In this document: positions 1-18,304 of the stretch, piece after piece
How positions within the stretch are numbered: position 1 is the stretch's first letter
Layout of the letters: the number at the start of each line of letters is the position of its first letter
Assembly (NCBI RefSeq): GCF_000181795.1
Contig: NW_003526941.1
Span: 5,064,035-5,128,034 of the forward strand
Direction of reading: 5' to 3'
DNA: 64,000 nt
Origin: Trichinella spiralis
Lineage: Eukaryota
Notes under the pieces: generated by a model
Told to the model about the DNA's origin: nothing
Database searches by the model: none
The model's input: the letters and a program-made list of their open reading frames with translations, nothing else
Position numbers and translations under genes: made by a program

Positions 1-235
1 GTCTTCGGGTTCGGTTCATTTTGGGGAAATTTTTCAAAAAGTTCACCTCGGAGAAAATGTCCTTAGTGGAACCTTTGCAAAACTTCAACTCGTGCGACAT
101 TTGCACCCGGACGTGCTGGACATAGTTGTAAGCCATTGGCAAACTGATGCACACGGCCAGCACCGCGGTAACGCTGAACGCCACCGAAGAATAAGCGACG
201 AACTTGTAAGCTTTGAGCCGAATATCCGATTCCAT
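1..235 (-). CDS. Nematode cuticle collagen, N-terminal part (runs off the window start)
   Basis: Not in the ORF track. ATG at 235 reads MESDIRLKAYKFVAYSSVAFSVTAVLAVCISLPMAYNYVQHVRVQMSHELKFCKGSTKDIFSEVNFLKNFPKMNRTRR, a typical Col_cuticle_N domain ending in an RxxR furin/BLI-4 site. Confidence 0.93.
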   Translation of the reverse strand, partial: MESDIRLKAYKFVAYSSVAFSVTAVLAVCISLPMAYNYVQHVRVQMSHELKFCKGSTKDIFSEVNFLKNFPKMNRTRR

Positions 236-323
236 TTTAATGTGGGAAATTTTCTTTTCGAACACCACAGCAGACAGTGTACTTTACGCTGGAGTGGAAG
301 TTGCTGGACGATCTGAACAGATC

Positions 324-359
324 GAATGATTGCTTGAAATTTGTTCTCCGATTTTTATA
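324..359 (-). promoter_or_regulatory. TATA box plus initiator of the collagen gene
   Basis: Minus-strand TATAAAAA at 359-352, TCATTC Inr-like motif about 30 nt downstream (329-324), about 90 nt before the ATG. Confidence 0.65.
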
Positions 360-3300
360 TGTAAGCTCCACTTTCCAGTGACCCAAATTTTGCCCATTGT
401 GGGTCGATTTAATCAAGTTGCGCAAGCGTGCTGCCAGGTCAGTATCGTTTATCAAACGCCAATGGGTCAACGTTGTGTTAAATTTTCCCAACCACACTAG
501 GCAACCAACTTCTCTGTCCCTGGTGGGTAAGATTGCTGGCACATGAATCAAATTAACGCTGAACTCGATGCTAACTGGGCTGCTGTTTTTCAGAACTAAA
601 TTGCCGCCCAACCGTGCCCTGTCACTTCCCACAAGTCCATACACGCATACATGCGCATACATGAAATGCATGCATGCATTTTTTTTGAAATATATACATT
701 TACTTAAATATGATAATTTTTCATTTATTATTTTGACATTTTTATTTACACAAATATACAGTATTTTTCTATTCATTCACTGTATTGTTACAAGAATAAT
801 TATTTTACAACAAGTATGAAATTTATTTTAATGCAAGAATAATATTAGTTGTTGTCACTAGTTGTGGAATTCAAAAAATGTCCACAAATGTCCCTATACC
901 GTAAATGTTGAGATTTCATGAAAAATTGCATCTGTCTTACACCTGTAACATTAATGGCACTTGTTTTTTAATTTGAATTTGAAAATATTTGCGTTTCATT
1001 CCCATTTGTGCAGTTGCAATTTTATGCATACATATATGTTTATCTATATACTCTGCTGTATATGTATTTATGTGTGTATAATTTGAAAAATAAATTTTTA
1101 TAACAAAATATTTTCTAAATTTGCACATTGATTCCAACAGTACAATTTCATGATGTATATATGTTTATTTTTCAACCTTTGTTCACTAACCGTATTTGCA
1201 ATTAGATTTGATGAAATTGCATTTTATTTCATAATCTATTAGTTGAATGATGAAAATAATTCTAATGAATCAGTGTGATTTCATCCAAATAAATTCATTT
1301 AAAATCGTCGGTACAGTAAATTAAAAAACACCTCAGCACTGATATGAAAAAACCTGCTTTTCATTAATGAATTGTAATGGAAATTTTTGAAATGTTTGTC
1401 TGCACGAGCCGATGAGATTCAGTGGCGCTTTAAAATAGTTCATATGAATGTTGTCAGTTGCAATTTATCAATAACTCAAAATTATTTCTTAATTTTTAAA
1501 CATATTCTTGTTCTGCCACATATAATGTCGAAAAACAAGAGCAGAAAACAAAAATTTTTGTAAAAAGCGACATTCCATTTTCCCTTCGTGGAACTTGAAA
1601 AATTATGCCAAAATGACAAAAATAAGTTTCTTTTTCCAGATCACGACCTAAAAGTTGGTTTTTTTTTCTAACCTTTACTTATGCTGTGGTCAGCATGTGG
1701 ACATTTCCTCTTAATGAAAAAAGAGCAATTCCTCATTTGCTGCTGTTAGCCTCTTTTTTACTCGGGCCAGGGACATTGAATTTCCAAAATGGATCTCATT
1801 TCAAATCCTCATCGCTTTGACAAAGCAAACAAAAAAACACCATTTTAAAGTTTTAAACTGCTTTTCTCACGGTCTCTCTCTCTCTATCGCTATTTTCAGC
1901 CGACCTTGGTCTCTGCGTCTCTTTTGTTCAGCATCAATGCGGCACTGTTCAAAAATAATAGCAAATGAAATAAATTGGCAATAATTCTACTAAATATATA
2001 AATTCAATAAGAATCAATCTATTACGTAATAATATCTGTGCTCGCATTGTTATTTCTTTTTGTAATAAACAGTAATCTGAATGCTTTGAGAAATGTAGAC
2101 GTAGGCAAAGAAGGGAAATTTCCATTGAAAAAAGTATTTATTTTTGAAATTATGCAATATATTTTGAATATATTTTCTTAACCATTTTTCTTAAATTTGT
2201 TCGCGATTTTTTTTGTTGAAACAATTTTTCCTCTTTTCATGCTGTTATTAACGCACTATTTAGTATATTTGGAATAGCAAGAGAAAATGAATTTTGCATT
2301 GAAATTCAAATTACTCACTGATAGGTTTTTGCTTCGTTTTTTCTTTTCAAATATGATGCAAGCGCTTGCTTTTCAATATTGCCCTTAATGTTTAATTGTA
2401 AAACTTGCATGTTAACATTTGCTGCCAGAACGAACACGAATTATATCTATTATGCAATGAAATATCAGTAGCTAAAGTTTTAAATTTTAAAGTTCTTCTT
2501 CCCATTTTACAATTCGTTGTGATTTGATCCAGTGTGTACTTTTTTTCATTTACAAAAGCGGTGTAATGCATATTCTGTACAAATAAACGATTGATTAGCA
2601 GTTCAAGTTGGCGATGAAAATAATTTTTTTTACAATAAATTTCCTTGAAGAAATTAACGATAAAAAAGTTTTTTTTTCGCTTATTTTAATTATGACGCAT
2701 TCCTTTAAGAAATTACTGTAATTTTACTGTAATTAGTGCAATAAAAGGAGGATTATTGATGATTGTTGTTCGACCATTGTTGAAATATCTTAAAATCAAA
2801 GGTAAAGAACAAGTCCATTTTTCAAACAATGCGCCCTCGCAGGCTTAAATGTCATTGTAGTAGAAAAAATAATTTTCTGGGTAATTAAAAGCACGTAGAA
2901 TATAGAGCAGGTCGTGCAGATGGTATCTTTCACAAATGCAAGCGAAGATTTTCATAAAAACTAATTTATAACGGCAGAAGGATGATGTTATGTTGGATAA
3001 TTAAATTTTAAATTTGATTTCTTTTCAAATTTAACCGTGTTGCAAATTTAATTAATACGTCTGCGCTTGAACGTATGTTTTGCATTGAAATGCCGCATTT
3101 TATATATATAATTCATTCGACAAAGGTATAAATTGTGTTAAAAGTTTGCTAAAGTTGAACATTACCGTACAATTCATGTAATGATTTCAAATAATGATAA
3201 TATACTGCTGTGGACTTTGAAGTTTTCATGTATATTCCATTTTCAGTGTTCAGTGTAGAAATTTTCATTATTTGTGAAAGTGTTACAGAGTTTACAAAAA

Positions 3301-4340
3301 AGTGAATGCTTCTTTTTTTTTCCTGAAACAGTTAATTGTGACAACTAAGCAACACCGTCAAGTCGACTTCATCTTGCAATGTCAACTGTTGTTTGCATTG
3401 CGTAACGTAATCCCGATATATTATTTTATGATGAATAATTTTCAAGCTCAAAAAAAAACAAATATTCCTGAAAATTTCTTTTATTGCTCTTAAATGTTGA
3501 ATTTTTCACTTCCTACACCACACCAGTTCACTTCATAAGCTGTAAGTGAGTGAGTATTTGTAAAAATAAAAAGGATCCATTATTCTTCTCATGACAAAAA
3601 TAGACAGCAGCTTTGTGTATTGATAAACAAATCATTACTGCCCATGGTTTATGGAACAAACCATGGATAATAGTGAAACATTCTTCAAAATCTATACAAA
3701 AGTAACAAACATGTTCCAATGAAAGAAAAAAAAGGAAGGAATTAAAATATGATAACTGCAACGTCAGTCATCTTTCGCATTTGTGAAAAGGAAAGGCAAA
3801 AAAAATTGCTTATGTGTCTGCCACTTGTGTGAGCTTTTCAGTGATGAGAAAGGGCAATGAAAAATCAATTTTCATAAACATTTCCTGAAAAGGCGCAATA
3901 AAAGAAAAAAAATTTGTATTTTCCTGTGCATTTAAATAACAATTTCAAAAAAGGATAAGAAAAATAATGAAAAAGATTGGTCGGAAAGCAACGCAACGTG
4001 CATCGGGTTTGAAAAGCAGGTGCACATGAATAAATAAAATTCATTGAGCACTGAAAGCTGCGCCTAATATCATTAATTGCAACGTCAAATCATCAATATG
4101 CATTATAGTCATTCATCTGTAACTTAAATAATACTTATTTTGTGTCTGAGTATGGAGAAATACGTCAAGGCAACAGAAAAAAAAGAACATTATAGCTGCG
4201 GGTTTTAAAAACAATAAAAGAGGTAGGCGGCAGCCGTTGAATCACCAATGAATTAATACTATTATTATTATTATTATTGTTATTACTTATAGCTGCAATT
4301 GTTAAGCTGCTAGAAATAACTATGCCATCAATTTTCATTG

Positions 4341-5874
<1,534 letters not shown>

Positions 5875-6826
5875 GAATCGGTCCACTTACAAAATGTTAC
5901 TCTTGGAAACCAAAGTCAACACTGTGGCATGGAATGAAAAGCTAGATGACGCCAAAACAAATGTTCACTCAGATGGGATAAATAAAGAAACTACCATACG
6001 ACTAAAGGATAATCAAGACAAATTCACATTTATTTTCCTAAACTTCCTTTAAGAAAAATTTTCACTTTGTACATTTATTTTATTATTAAACTTATTTTTC
6101 AATAGAGATAATAAATATTTTTTAAATTATATTTCACTTTTATCATTTGAAAGTTGGTAATTTATTTCATCTGTTAACTTGCTTTTTCCTGCTGATCAGT
6201 TGTATTTTGTAACCAGCACATGTATTGAGAATGTGATTATTGAAACCATTTTGAATTAATTTTTGACATAGATGTTATAGAAAAGTTGAAATATGACATC
6301 ATTAAAAGACAAATGAGCACAACTTATAGAAATTAAACGTCCGGTAAGCATACGTTTCTGTTTCAATTCACTTTTCTGTATTGGCTTCATTAATTTTAAT
6401 TTAATTATTTCAAGTTATTCCATTTAAATTTCAAATAAAGAATGCGAATGCAATATTTAAAAATTGCTTTTTTTGATCACTATGACCGTAGTTTATTATA
6501 CATTTAAATGTTTCCACATTTTAAAATTATTCGTGTTATTTATAAAAGTTTGAAAATATTCTTTTAAAATTTTAACATTTCATATGAAAATATAAATAAA
6601 TATATTTCAGATAAAGCAACTTTATTTAAACTGAAATCTACAGTACATATTTTACAGTATGCTTAACTGTAATTTTATTTTAATGAATTGGAATTTTTTG
6701 TAAATATTTCATCGGTATTATTTTTTCCGTCTGTCTTATTTTAATAATTTCAGTTTAAGATAAGACAGTAAAGATTTGATGAAAATTATTTTTTATTCAT
6801 CAGTTTTTGAAACTTGAATATGAGAA

Positions 6827-8236
6827 ATGAGATTGTTGAAATATTTCATCAATTCACGGTACTTTTCAACGACAGCTTCACTCTTTCCAAACATAATAAA
6901 TTCTGGAAGAGCTATTGAATTGGATCCGTTCTTGCAACGGGAAAAGATCACAAAAACACCTGAACAGTTCGAAGGCAGTCGAAGCTTACGTGTGGCTGTA
7001 CTGGGAGCACCGAATGCGGGAAAATCTATGCTAACCAATGCATTGCTTGGAGCACGTGTGAACGCTGTTTCAAAAAAAATAAATACAACTCAAAAAACTA
7101 TGACTACAGTCTTCATTGATGATGTTAGCCAGCTTGTTTTCCTAGACACCCCTGGAATTGTTACCGGTATATTTCAAATTTTGTATAGACAATTCGGAAA
7201 CTTTGATTTCGTTTAGGCAAGATAAGCAAAGTACACAAACTTCAGTCTAATTTGATACTTGATCCAGAAAATGCTCTTCATTCAGCGGAATACATTCTTG
7301 TGGTGTGCGACGTAAGCGACGATTATCGATCATATCGACTTAATCCAAGAGTACAGCATTTGCTATGTCGGTATCGTCATATACCTTCCTTATTGATATT
7401 GAATAAAATCGATTTAATTAAAAACAAAACCAAACTGTTGGAAATTGTTTTGAAACTTTCAAAAGGAAAAGTGGACAAGAAACGAGTGAAAGTAATTAAA
7501 TCTGAAATGGCAGTTTGTAAAAGGAGTGAAATCGAATCTGCCGTAAAAGCTTATGAACAAAGAGAAAAGGAGCACAGTATCAATGAGTACATTTTACTAC
7601 ACTGTATGTATATTAAAATATTGCAATAATAATTTCTGTTTTTTTCAGTTTGTCAAATTTGGAACTCGACGTTGATCCACAATTGCTGGAGCGACTGGTC
7701 CAAATGCCAGCACACAAAGTCGATCAGATACAGCTGCATCGTTGTTTTCGTCATGAAAAAGGCTGGCCATATTTTGACGAAGTATTCATGATCTCAGCAT
7801 TATATGGTGATGGTGTGGATGATGTGCGTAACTTTTTGTTAAATAAAACGCGCGAAGCTGAATGGAACTATCACAGCAGTGTTGTGGCCGACGAAGATGC
7901 AGTATTTTTAGTTAAAGACATAATTCGTGCAAAACTGCTGGATCATCTTCCCCATGAAATTCCATATTCTCTTCAATTAGAGGTAAAAGGATACAGTTTT
8001 GCATTACTTGGAAATGTAAATTGTACATTTCTTAGATAATCGTATGGGAACAAGATGCGGCAGGTAATTTGTGCATTCGGTTAAATGTAATCTGTGAAAA
8101 TTCTCGTTGGTTAAAAATAATAGTTGGCAAAGGTGGCGATCAGATAAAGAAAATTGTCGAAGATGCTTCACAGGATTTGCGAAATTTGTTCATGCACGAA
8201 GTTTTCTTAATAATTGACGTTGTGCAAAGAAAATAA
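6827..8236 (+). CDS. ERAL1: Mitochondrial Era-like GTPase (4 exons, about 414 aa)
   Basis: Exons 6827-7166, 7217-7586, 7649-7982, 8036-8236. G1 GAPNAGKS, G3 DTPG, G4 NKID, G5 SAL, HEIPY and a KH domain with IVGKGG; N-terminus resembles a mitochondrial presequence. Confidence 0.95.
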
Positions 8237-8376
8237 ATTTCGCCGCAGTAATGCAATAATAGTTCAGTTGGTAAAAGAGTTTTATTAACTTTTTGAAAGC
8301 AAAAAAGTATTTTACAATACCTTTTATAATATAATACAATTTATTTATCTTTTAATAAGCAAATAACATTATAAAT

Positions 8377-8700
8377 TCAGGGAGCATCAGGTATATTTTC
8401 CAAACCCTTAAAATAAAGATATTAGTCAGTATTGAAAAAAATAAACCCAACTTACTTTCATCACAAATATATTTCCAGAAAGATACTCATCTCGTCGCAG
8501 TAAATAAGTTGTCCAAAAGTGATAGCGGTGCCGACGATATGGCTTAAAATTAAACATATACTATAGATTGATCAATTAACTATATATTATTTACTCACGC
8601 GTTTGACGTCTAGTTTGTTAAATATATAACTGACATAAAATGGAATTGTATAGCCAGTGACCACTGTGATAACAGCTGCTGGAATAGCTCTATACCACAT
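8377..8700 (-). CDS. NDUFA1: Complex I accessory subunit NDUFA1 (MWFE), 72 aa, 3 exons
   Basis: Exons 8700-8599, 8542-8456, 8406-8377, all phase 0, give MWYRAIPAAVITVVTGYTIPFYVSYIFNKLDVKRPYRRHRYHFWTTYLLRRDEYLSGNIFVMKGLENIPDAP. It has the MW..IP start, one TM helix, RD..LSG and KGLENI signature. Confidence 0.9.
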
Positions 8701-9373
8701 CTAAAAGAAATTATTCTATGTATTTAACTCTTAAATAGATGAAAATGTTCAGGCCAGCATTCATTTAAGCAGTTGCACATTGTGCATTGTTACTGTAAAT
8801 TTCTTTGAGTAATAAAGTATACAATTTTTCATTTCAAATGATTCATTCATTTTTATATTAATCATAAGTAATTAATATAAAAATAAAAAATAAAATTCGT
8901 TATCAGTAACTGAAGTTACCGTAACCAAAACTTATGAACTTTTGCTTAGGTGGAAAAAATTAACTGTTATCTAATAAAACGTTTGATTTCAAGTATTTGA
9001 TATTTTTATTCGTTGCTTATTGAAAATCCTCATAATAATATTATTAAACAATTTTTATATGTAATAAATTAAAATGTGATTGATTGTACATCTGCTCAAA
9101 GGAATATATTTCATATTTTATTTAACTAAACGTCTAACGGAAATTTAATATCAGTTGAAATAACAAATTTATAATGAATTAAAATGATGGAAGCTTAATA
9201 TTTTATGAAAAAATCGTAAGTTTCCAAAATGCTAATTTGAACCTACATGCCATTTTTATACAGTGCACATAGACATACGTGTATCTATTAATTTTAATTA
9301 TCGTTTCATTGTGTTGTGAGAAAGATACTAAATCAGTTCTAATTTTTTGAAATAAAGTTCTGAAAAATCCTGA

Positions 9374-13026
<3,653 letters not shown>

Positions 13027-13169
13027 TTGTGCTGTTTTACTTTATTTTTTAATTGTTATTACGAAAGGAAAAACAGTTGGTGTTCAGTTTGATCAGTATT
13101 TTAACATCCGGTAAGAATCGAGTGTATGTGTGCGGTTATTGCTAGTAAACAAAAGTTGCTTCTTCCTGG

Positions 13170-13852
13170 TCAGTCAATTTCATTGATGAAATATTGTTTG
13201 AGCTTCTTTAATTCAGAGTACGCTTCCATGAGCTGAAAGAAAAAAATTGACAGTGATTTTTTTGAGTTTCAATAATCAAAACTTCTTTTTTCTGCCATTA
13301 CATTCTCCCATTCGTCGTATTCTTCTAATTCGCGAAAGCGATCTCCGTATTTTTTTGGACGTTGTTCGATAATCAGCTTTTCAGCCTCTTTCAACACTGC
13401 TTGGCTTCCGGTTAAGCCAACTGGAAAATTTTCAATACATGGAAGAAAATATCAAAAAATACGAAAATTTTTTTTAAACTTACAAAGCATAGATCGCAAC
13501 ATCGGGCCGGACATGGCAAAGTTGACTATGATAATAAGAAGAATAATTCCCAGTGCCGTGAAATAATACGGCATCCACCAAAAGTGGTCGTACTTCTGAC
13601 AACAAGAACAGAAAAATACGGTATTGAAAACAAAGAAATTCACTAATAGAATTATGATAATTCTAGTGTTCAGTTCTCTCACCTCAAATTCATAATTAAC
13701 GTGCTGAAATATCTGGCTTATGTTTGCCGGCTTGAACAGCAATTCGGCTACAATATAGCAAGAAATTGTTGTGGCATTATTATTATTTTTTTATCTAGAG
13801 AACAAAATTGCATACGTCTGAAATCATCCGGAACGAGTTCTATAGGTGGCAT
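13170..13852 (-). CDS. Uncharacterised single-pass membrane protein (5 exons, 131 aa)
   Basis: Exons 13852-13816, 13747-13683, 13595-13484, 13420-13302, 13232-13170 with phase-consistent GT-AG junctions. TM segment YYFTALGIILLIIIVNFAM and a charged helical tail. Confidence 0.8.
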
Positions 13853-14785
13853 GGTAGTTTACTGTTTTTTTGCAGAGCACTGAAAACTTACTGCCCGTAT
13901 CTTGCAGTTTCGTAAGTAAATTTAAAGTAGTAAAGATTTAAATTTCAGTAAGATTTAATTTTTTCACTTTAAAATGTTATCTAATTTAAAATTATGTATT
14001 TAAACATCGTTGTTTAAACTGTAGTTGGAATTTAAGTAGCATATTTTTTTCATTTTAATTCTTATATCAAAAAGGCAGAAATACCAAAAAAATCTGAAAA
14101 ATACTGTATGTGCTAAATGAAAAGTATGATAAAAAGGTACTTTCATTTTTTACAATAAAGCTGAGTAAATAATTCATTTTAATTTATTATGTTAAAGTAT
14201 AATTTTAATCAATTGAATTAGAATCATTTTTAGGTAGAAAAAAAGTTAGACAATTTTCAAAAAAATATTTGAATAAAAAAAATAATCAGGTTGTTTTCAG
14301 TTATTTTTGTAAATAATGATGACGATGATGCATTTATTGATAGATGTAGTAATTGGTTTTGCATATTAGTTGAGTTGAATTTGTATTTCATGAGTTTTGT
14401 GTAAAATGAAAGTGTTACTTATTTTTTACCTTGAACTTTAAACTTGCTTGGTCACATTATGGGCATATTTACTGTTGGTGAAGCTGTCATGCTTTGCGAG
14501 CTTTCAGTTGACAACAGTGTCATCTCGTTTATCGCCGCTATTGTTGACATTTGTTAGTTAGTCATTGGGTAAAACTGGCTTTTTCTTCCCAGAAATGCTA
14601 GTTCAGCAGTAGCAGTACGCGCGCTTACTGGTGGTTTTGAAAGCTCGCCTCAGTACAACGCTTCAACTGATAATCGATTGGTGTGGTTTTTTCTTTATTA
14701 TATCAATTTAAAGCTTGTCACATTGTTGTCAGATTTGATCAATCAATTGCGTTATTAATATTGTCATAATAAACAAAGAGCAGAA

Positions 14786-15175
14786 ATGGAAGAACAAGGA
14801 AATTCAATTCGTTATCGTGAAGTGTCGACACGTCGGATTCGACCCACGTTGCCGGATATAGACGTGCCCCTGTTGATTGAATTGCACGACAACTGGCAGA
14901 GCAGCTACGCCGAAGATGGTGTCGTTGTGGTCCACTACGACGGCGTGGTCCACTACACCTTGTGCGACAAACGGTCCCATCATATATTCTACGCCGCACT
15001 GGCGTTGAACAAGCTCAGCTTACGGTGCACATTGTCCAACAACGAGCCGGTCGAGTTGGTCGAAGCCAACCACAACCGCTTACGTTTGAACAACATGACC
15101 AGCACACCGCAGGCGATTCAGTTGGTCGAAAAAGTGAAACAAGTGCTCGAGAAGCGTGGTTTTCGATTCCAATAA
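14786..15175 (+). CDS. Uncharacterised intronless 129-aa protein
   Basis: GC-rich ORF in AT-rich flanks, AAATGG start context, G/C-ending codon bias, AATAAA near 15262; family not recognised. Confidence 0.75.
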   Translation: MEEQGNSIRYREVSTRRIRPTLPDIDVPLLIELHDNWQSSYAEDGVVVVHYDGVVHYTLCDKRSHHIFYAALALNKLSLRCTLSNNEPVELVEANHNRLRLNNMTSTPQAIQLVEKVKQVLEKRGFRFQ

Positions 15176-18100
15176 CCACCGATGGATTATGCAAATTTTA
15201 CAACATATTGACAAATATTTATTTATTTTTCAACACTTTCTTTGATGATTTCTTCTTCAATAATAAATATGCTTGCTGTTCGCTACTTCCAAGAAGAAAT
15301 TTGTTCTCTCTTTTGTATTTTCATTCCACAGATGTCATTCATTCATCAATGCCAATGATTCACCTGGCACATTATTTCTTTGTGAGACATTTTTTATATT
15401 TCAATCAATCAACCACATTGTTGCTGGGCATGATTGTTTTCATAAACAAAAAAATGATCATCATTTCAATTTTTTATATTACTTGAAATATCACCTATAT
15501 TCATTTGAAAAAAGTATCAGAAATCAGGTAAAATTTCATTCGTACTAATGCAAACGGACGATACTGTAATATGAATTTATGAAATGCAAGTATTTTGTAT
15601 TGATGTTTAAAAAAAGCTCTGATGCGTGAATGAAATTTACTGTTACTCTACTCTGTTATAATTGGCATGTATTGTTTCAGTGCTAAAATACAAGTGCTTG
15701 TTTTTTATGTGCTATTTGTGAACATTTTCAAAATCTATTGACCAAACTATATAAATTGTTGCATGAACGAAATCATTCCACATTAAATAAGGATGATGTT
15801 AGTTTCAAAAAAAAAGCTCAAAAAGCAGCGCATCACCGTCTGTCTAGTTGTAAACGTTACTAATCAAGGTTATTTTCATTACTGGCACACTTTATTATGC
15901 ATATTGATTTGTTTCATTTTAATTTATAATTATACACTGAACAATTATGTAAAAAAATCTTCCATTTTTGTATAATATTATGCAAATTTTTGTTAATTTA
16001 GTGCAGAAAAATTTTACTCGCCATGGTAAATTAATTATATCAATCTGTGCTAAACTACATGTGAAATGCATGTGTTTATTGATTATTTGCCATTTTATTG
16101 GCATTCGCTTGTTCATCATGTATATTGTAGGTCGTATACACACTGTGATTGTTTATCTGACTTGGTTGACGCGTTCTAGCTTTGGCCGTTTTTAGCAGTA
16201 CATTCGCTGATGGACAAATCAGACGCTCTTCTGTTTGCAGTGTACAATTTCTCTTAAGAGAAGCTCATCCATTTTGAAGGAGGGGCAAATTATATATATA
16301 TATATATAATTCAACTTTTAATTCTCATTTCAATCTGTTTCCATACATTCGTTGTCATTGCTGCTTTACGACATTTGTATTCTTGTAAAATTGATTATTG
16401 ATTTGTTACTATTCTATTTGAAATTTGCGTTTCTCTTTTTCGGTTATTCCACACACGGCAGTGTGCGTACAATTTGAAAAATGAACTTCTCTATCTTTGG
16501 GCACAGTTTACTTATTTATTTTTCATTTGAGAAACCAAACAGTATTCTCATTTAGTAGCTGATGAAATTGATTTTCCACAATCGACCACAAAGGCGGTTT
16601 TATGTAACAGTATATTTTTGATTTCTTTTTCCTCATTGAAACTGATTTCATAATATTCGTGTTCTTCCTTCACTCTTTGGAATAATATTATTGAATGAAT
16701 GCAGCCTGGCAATTCAACAAGGTAAGCTTCTATGTAAAGAAATATTGTGCACGTTTTTCTTACTTTATTTACGGGTTTTCTTAAAATTTATTATTCACCA
16801 GTATTGAAAAAATTCATAATTACGATTTGATTATAACCCAAAATTGTTTTTTGAAAATGAAGAATAACAACATTTCTCCCTTTCCATTATACGCTTTTTG
16901 CTTTCAAAATCTTTACCCCACATCTGCGTTTCAACGTTGCTAGCATAGGTAGAAAGAAAATTTTAAAACTTCGGCATATTTTAACTTATGAACAAATTAA
17001 ATTCGAATGCTTTATTATGCTCATTGTAAAATTTTAGAAATATATAAAATGTCCTACTATTTAGTTTATTTGATTTTAATAAATTATCCTAAATAATCTT
17101 GAACTGTTTGTCAAGTTTATGCAACTTGTTGTATATTATATAATATACCTAACGTAATAGATAAATAGGAGATTATATTTTAAATGTAATTAATATTTAT
17201 ATCTGTTAAAAAGTGCTTTATTTAAATTATACTATTTATTTAATTTATTTTCACTTCAATTGACTATTAACGATGGTTAACATATTTTGCTATGTAATAT
17301 TTTCGTTTGTAGCATTCCCAAAATGAAACGTGATTGTCAGTTACAGTATGCTGCCTTCGTGATTACAGTACGAATGCATGTGAGTTTTTTATTCTTGCTG
17401 TTTGCGCTGTTTAAAATGTATTATAATTTTTTAAGTTGTTCTAAAAATGCTTAAAATTTAGTTGCTTTTATTATTTTTACAATACGAAATGCTGAACATT
17501 CTTTATTCATTACTGTATTATACCATGTTCGACAGTGTTAATTCAGTGTTCAGTTAATTTCACAAGTTTTTCGACATTCGTTATTTATTTATTCCATAGC
17601 ATTATTTGAAAAATTGTTTCTATGCAAACTATCTTAATAACTGTTTAGTAAATCTAAGTAGGTCATACAAGCATTTTTATCAAACTTGTAATCTGATTTT
17701 GATATATATATATTTAGGTTCAAGCAAATTATGGACTATTTTTACTTATATGCACACATTTTTCGAATTAATTTTGCCTCATATTATATTTTCTCAGCAT
17801 TAATTTCTAGTATTATTTATGTTTCAGTTACAGTATACTCTTTGTACCTTTTTATTACAGTTCAACAGATAACGTACTGTTTTTCTTTGTGCAATTTATA
17901 TTTTTCGATTTTATGCTTGTTATTGCCATTATTTTAGCGTTACAACCTCAGTGATACTGTAGTTAACTTTGTGAGGGCAATATTTCTTATGTTTTAGTTA
18001 GTTTTTCTGCAGTATTCGATGTCTTTTTTGAAGTGGTGTTGTTTTATTGTGCGAATCTTTTTTTTATTTTTTAACGAGTGCATTCTATTACATTCCAAAG

Positions 18101-18304
18101 ATTTGCTTTCTGTAGAAATTTTGGCATATTGCTGCATATTGCTGCAAACGAACGAAGTAATTAAAACAATATTTGCGCTGTTCCGCAGCCGATGTGTGTT
18201 CGTTGCCACTGTGCGAATGAATAACTGCATTGGTGGTATGTAATTCGAACGTTGATTTCGACTGAAAATGAAATTGTTTTCTTTACAGTTTCTTGTTAAT
18301 TGTC

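Noticed and set aside
237..776. 179-aa minus-strand ORF (and its copy at 28668-29207)
   Set aside because: Covers the collagen promoter and 5-prime UTR, includes low-complexity AT-rich sequence, and the copy reads through an N gap
14786..15175. Faint resemblance of EDG...CDKR to recalled baculovirus p26/poxin
   Set aside because: No HQFPGV-like or GAPI-like motif and the protein is too short; cannot be supported without a profile search
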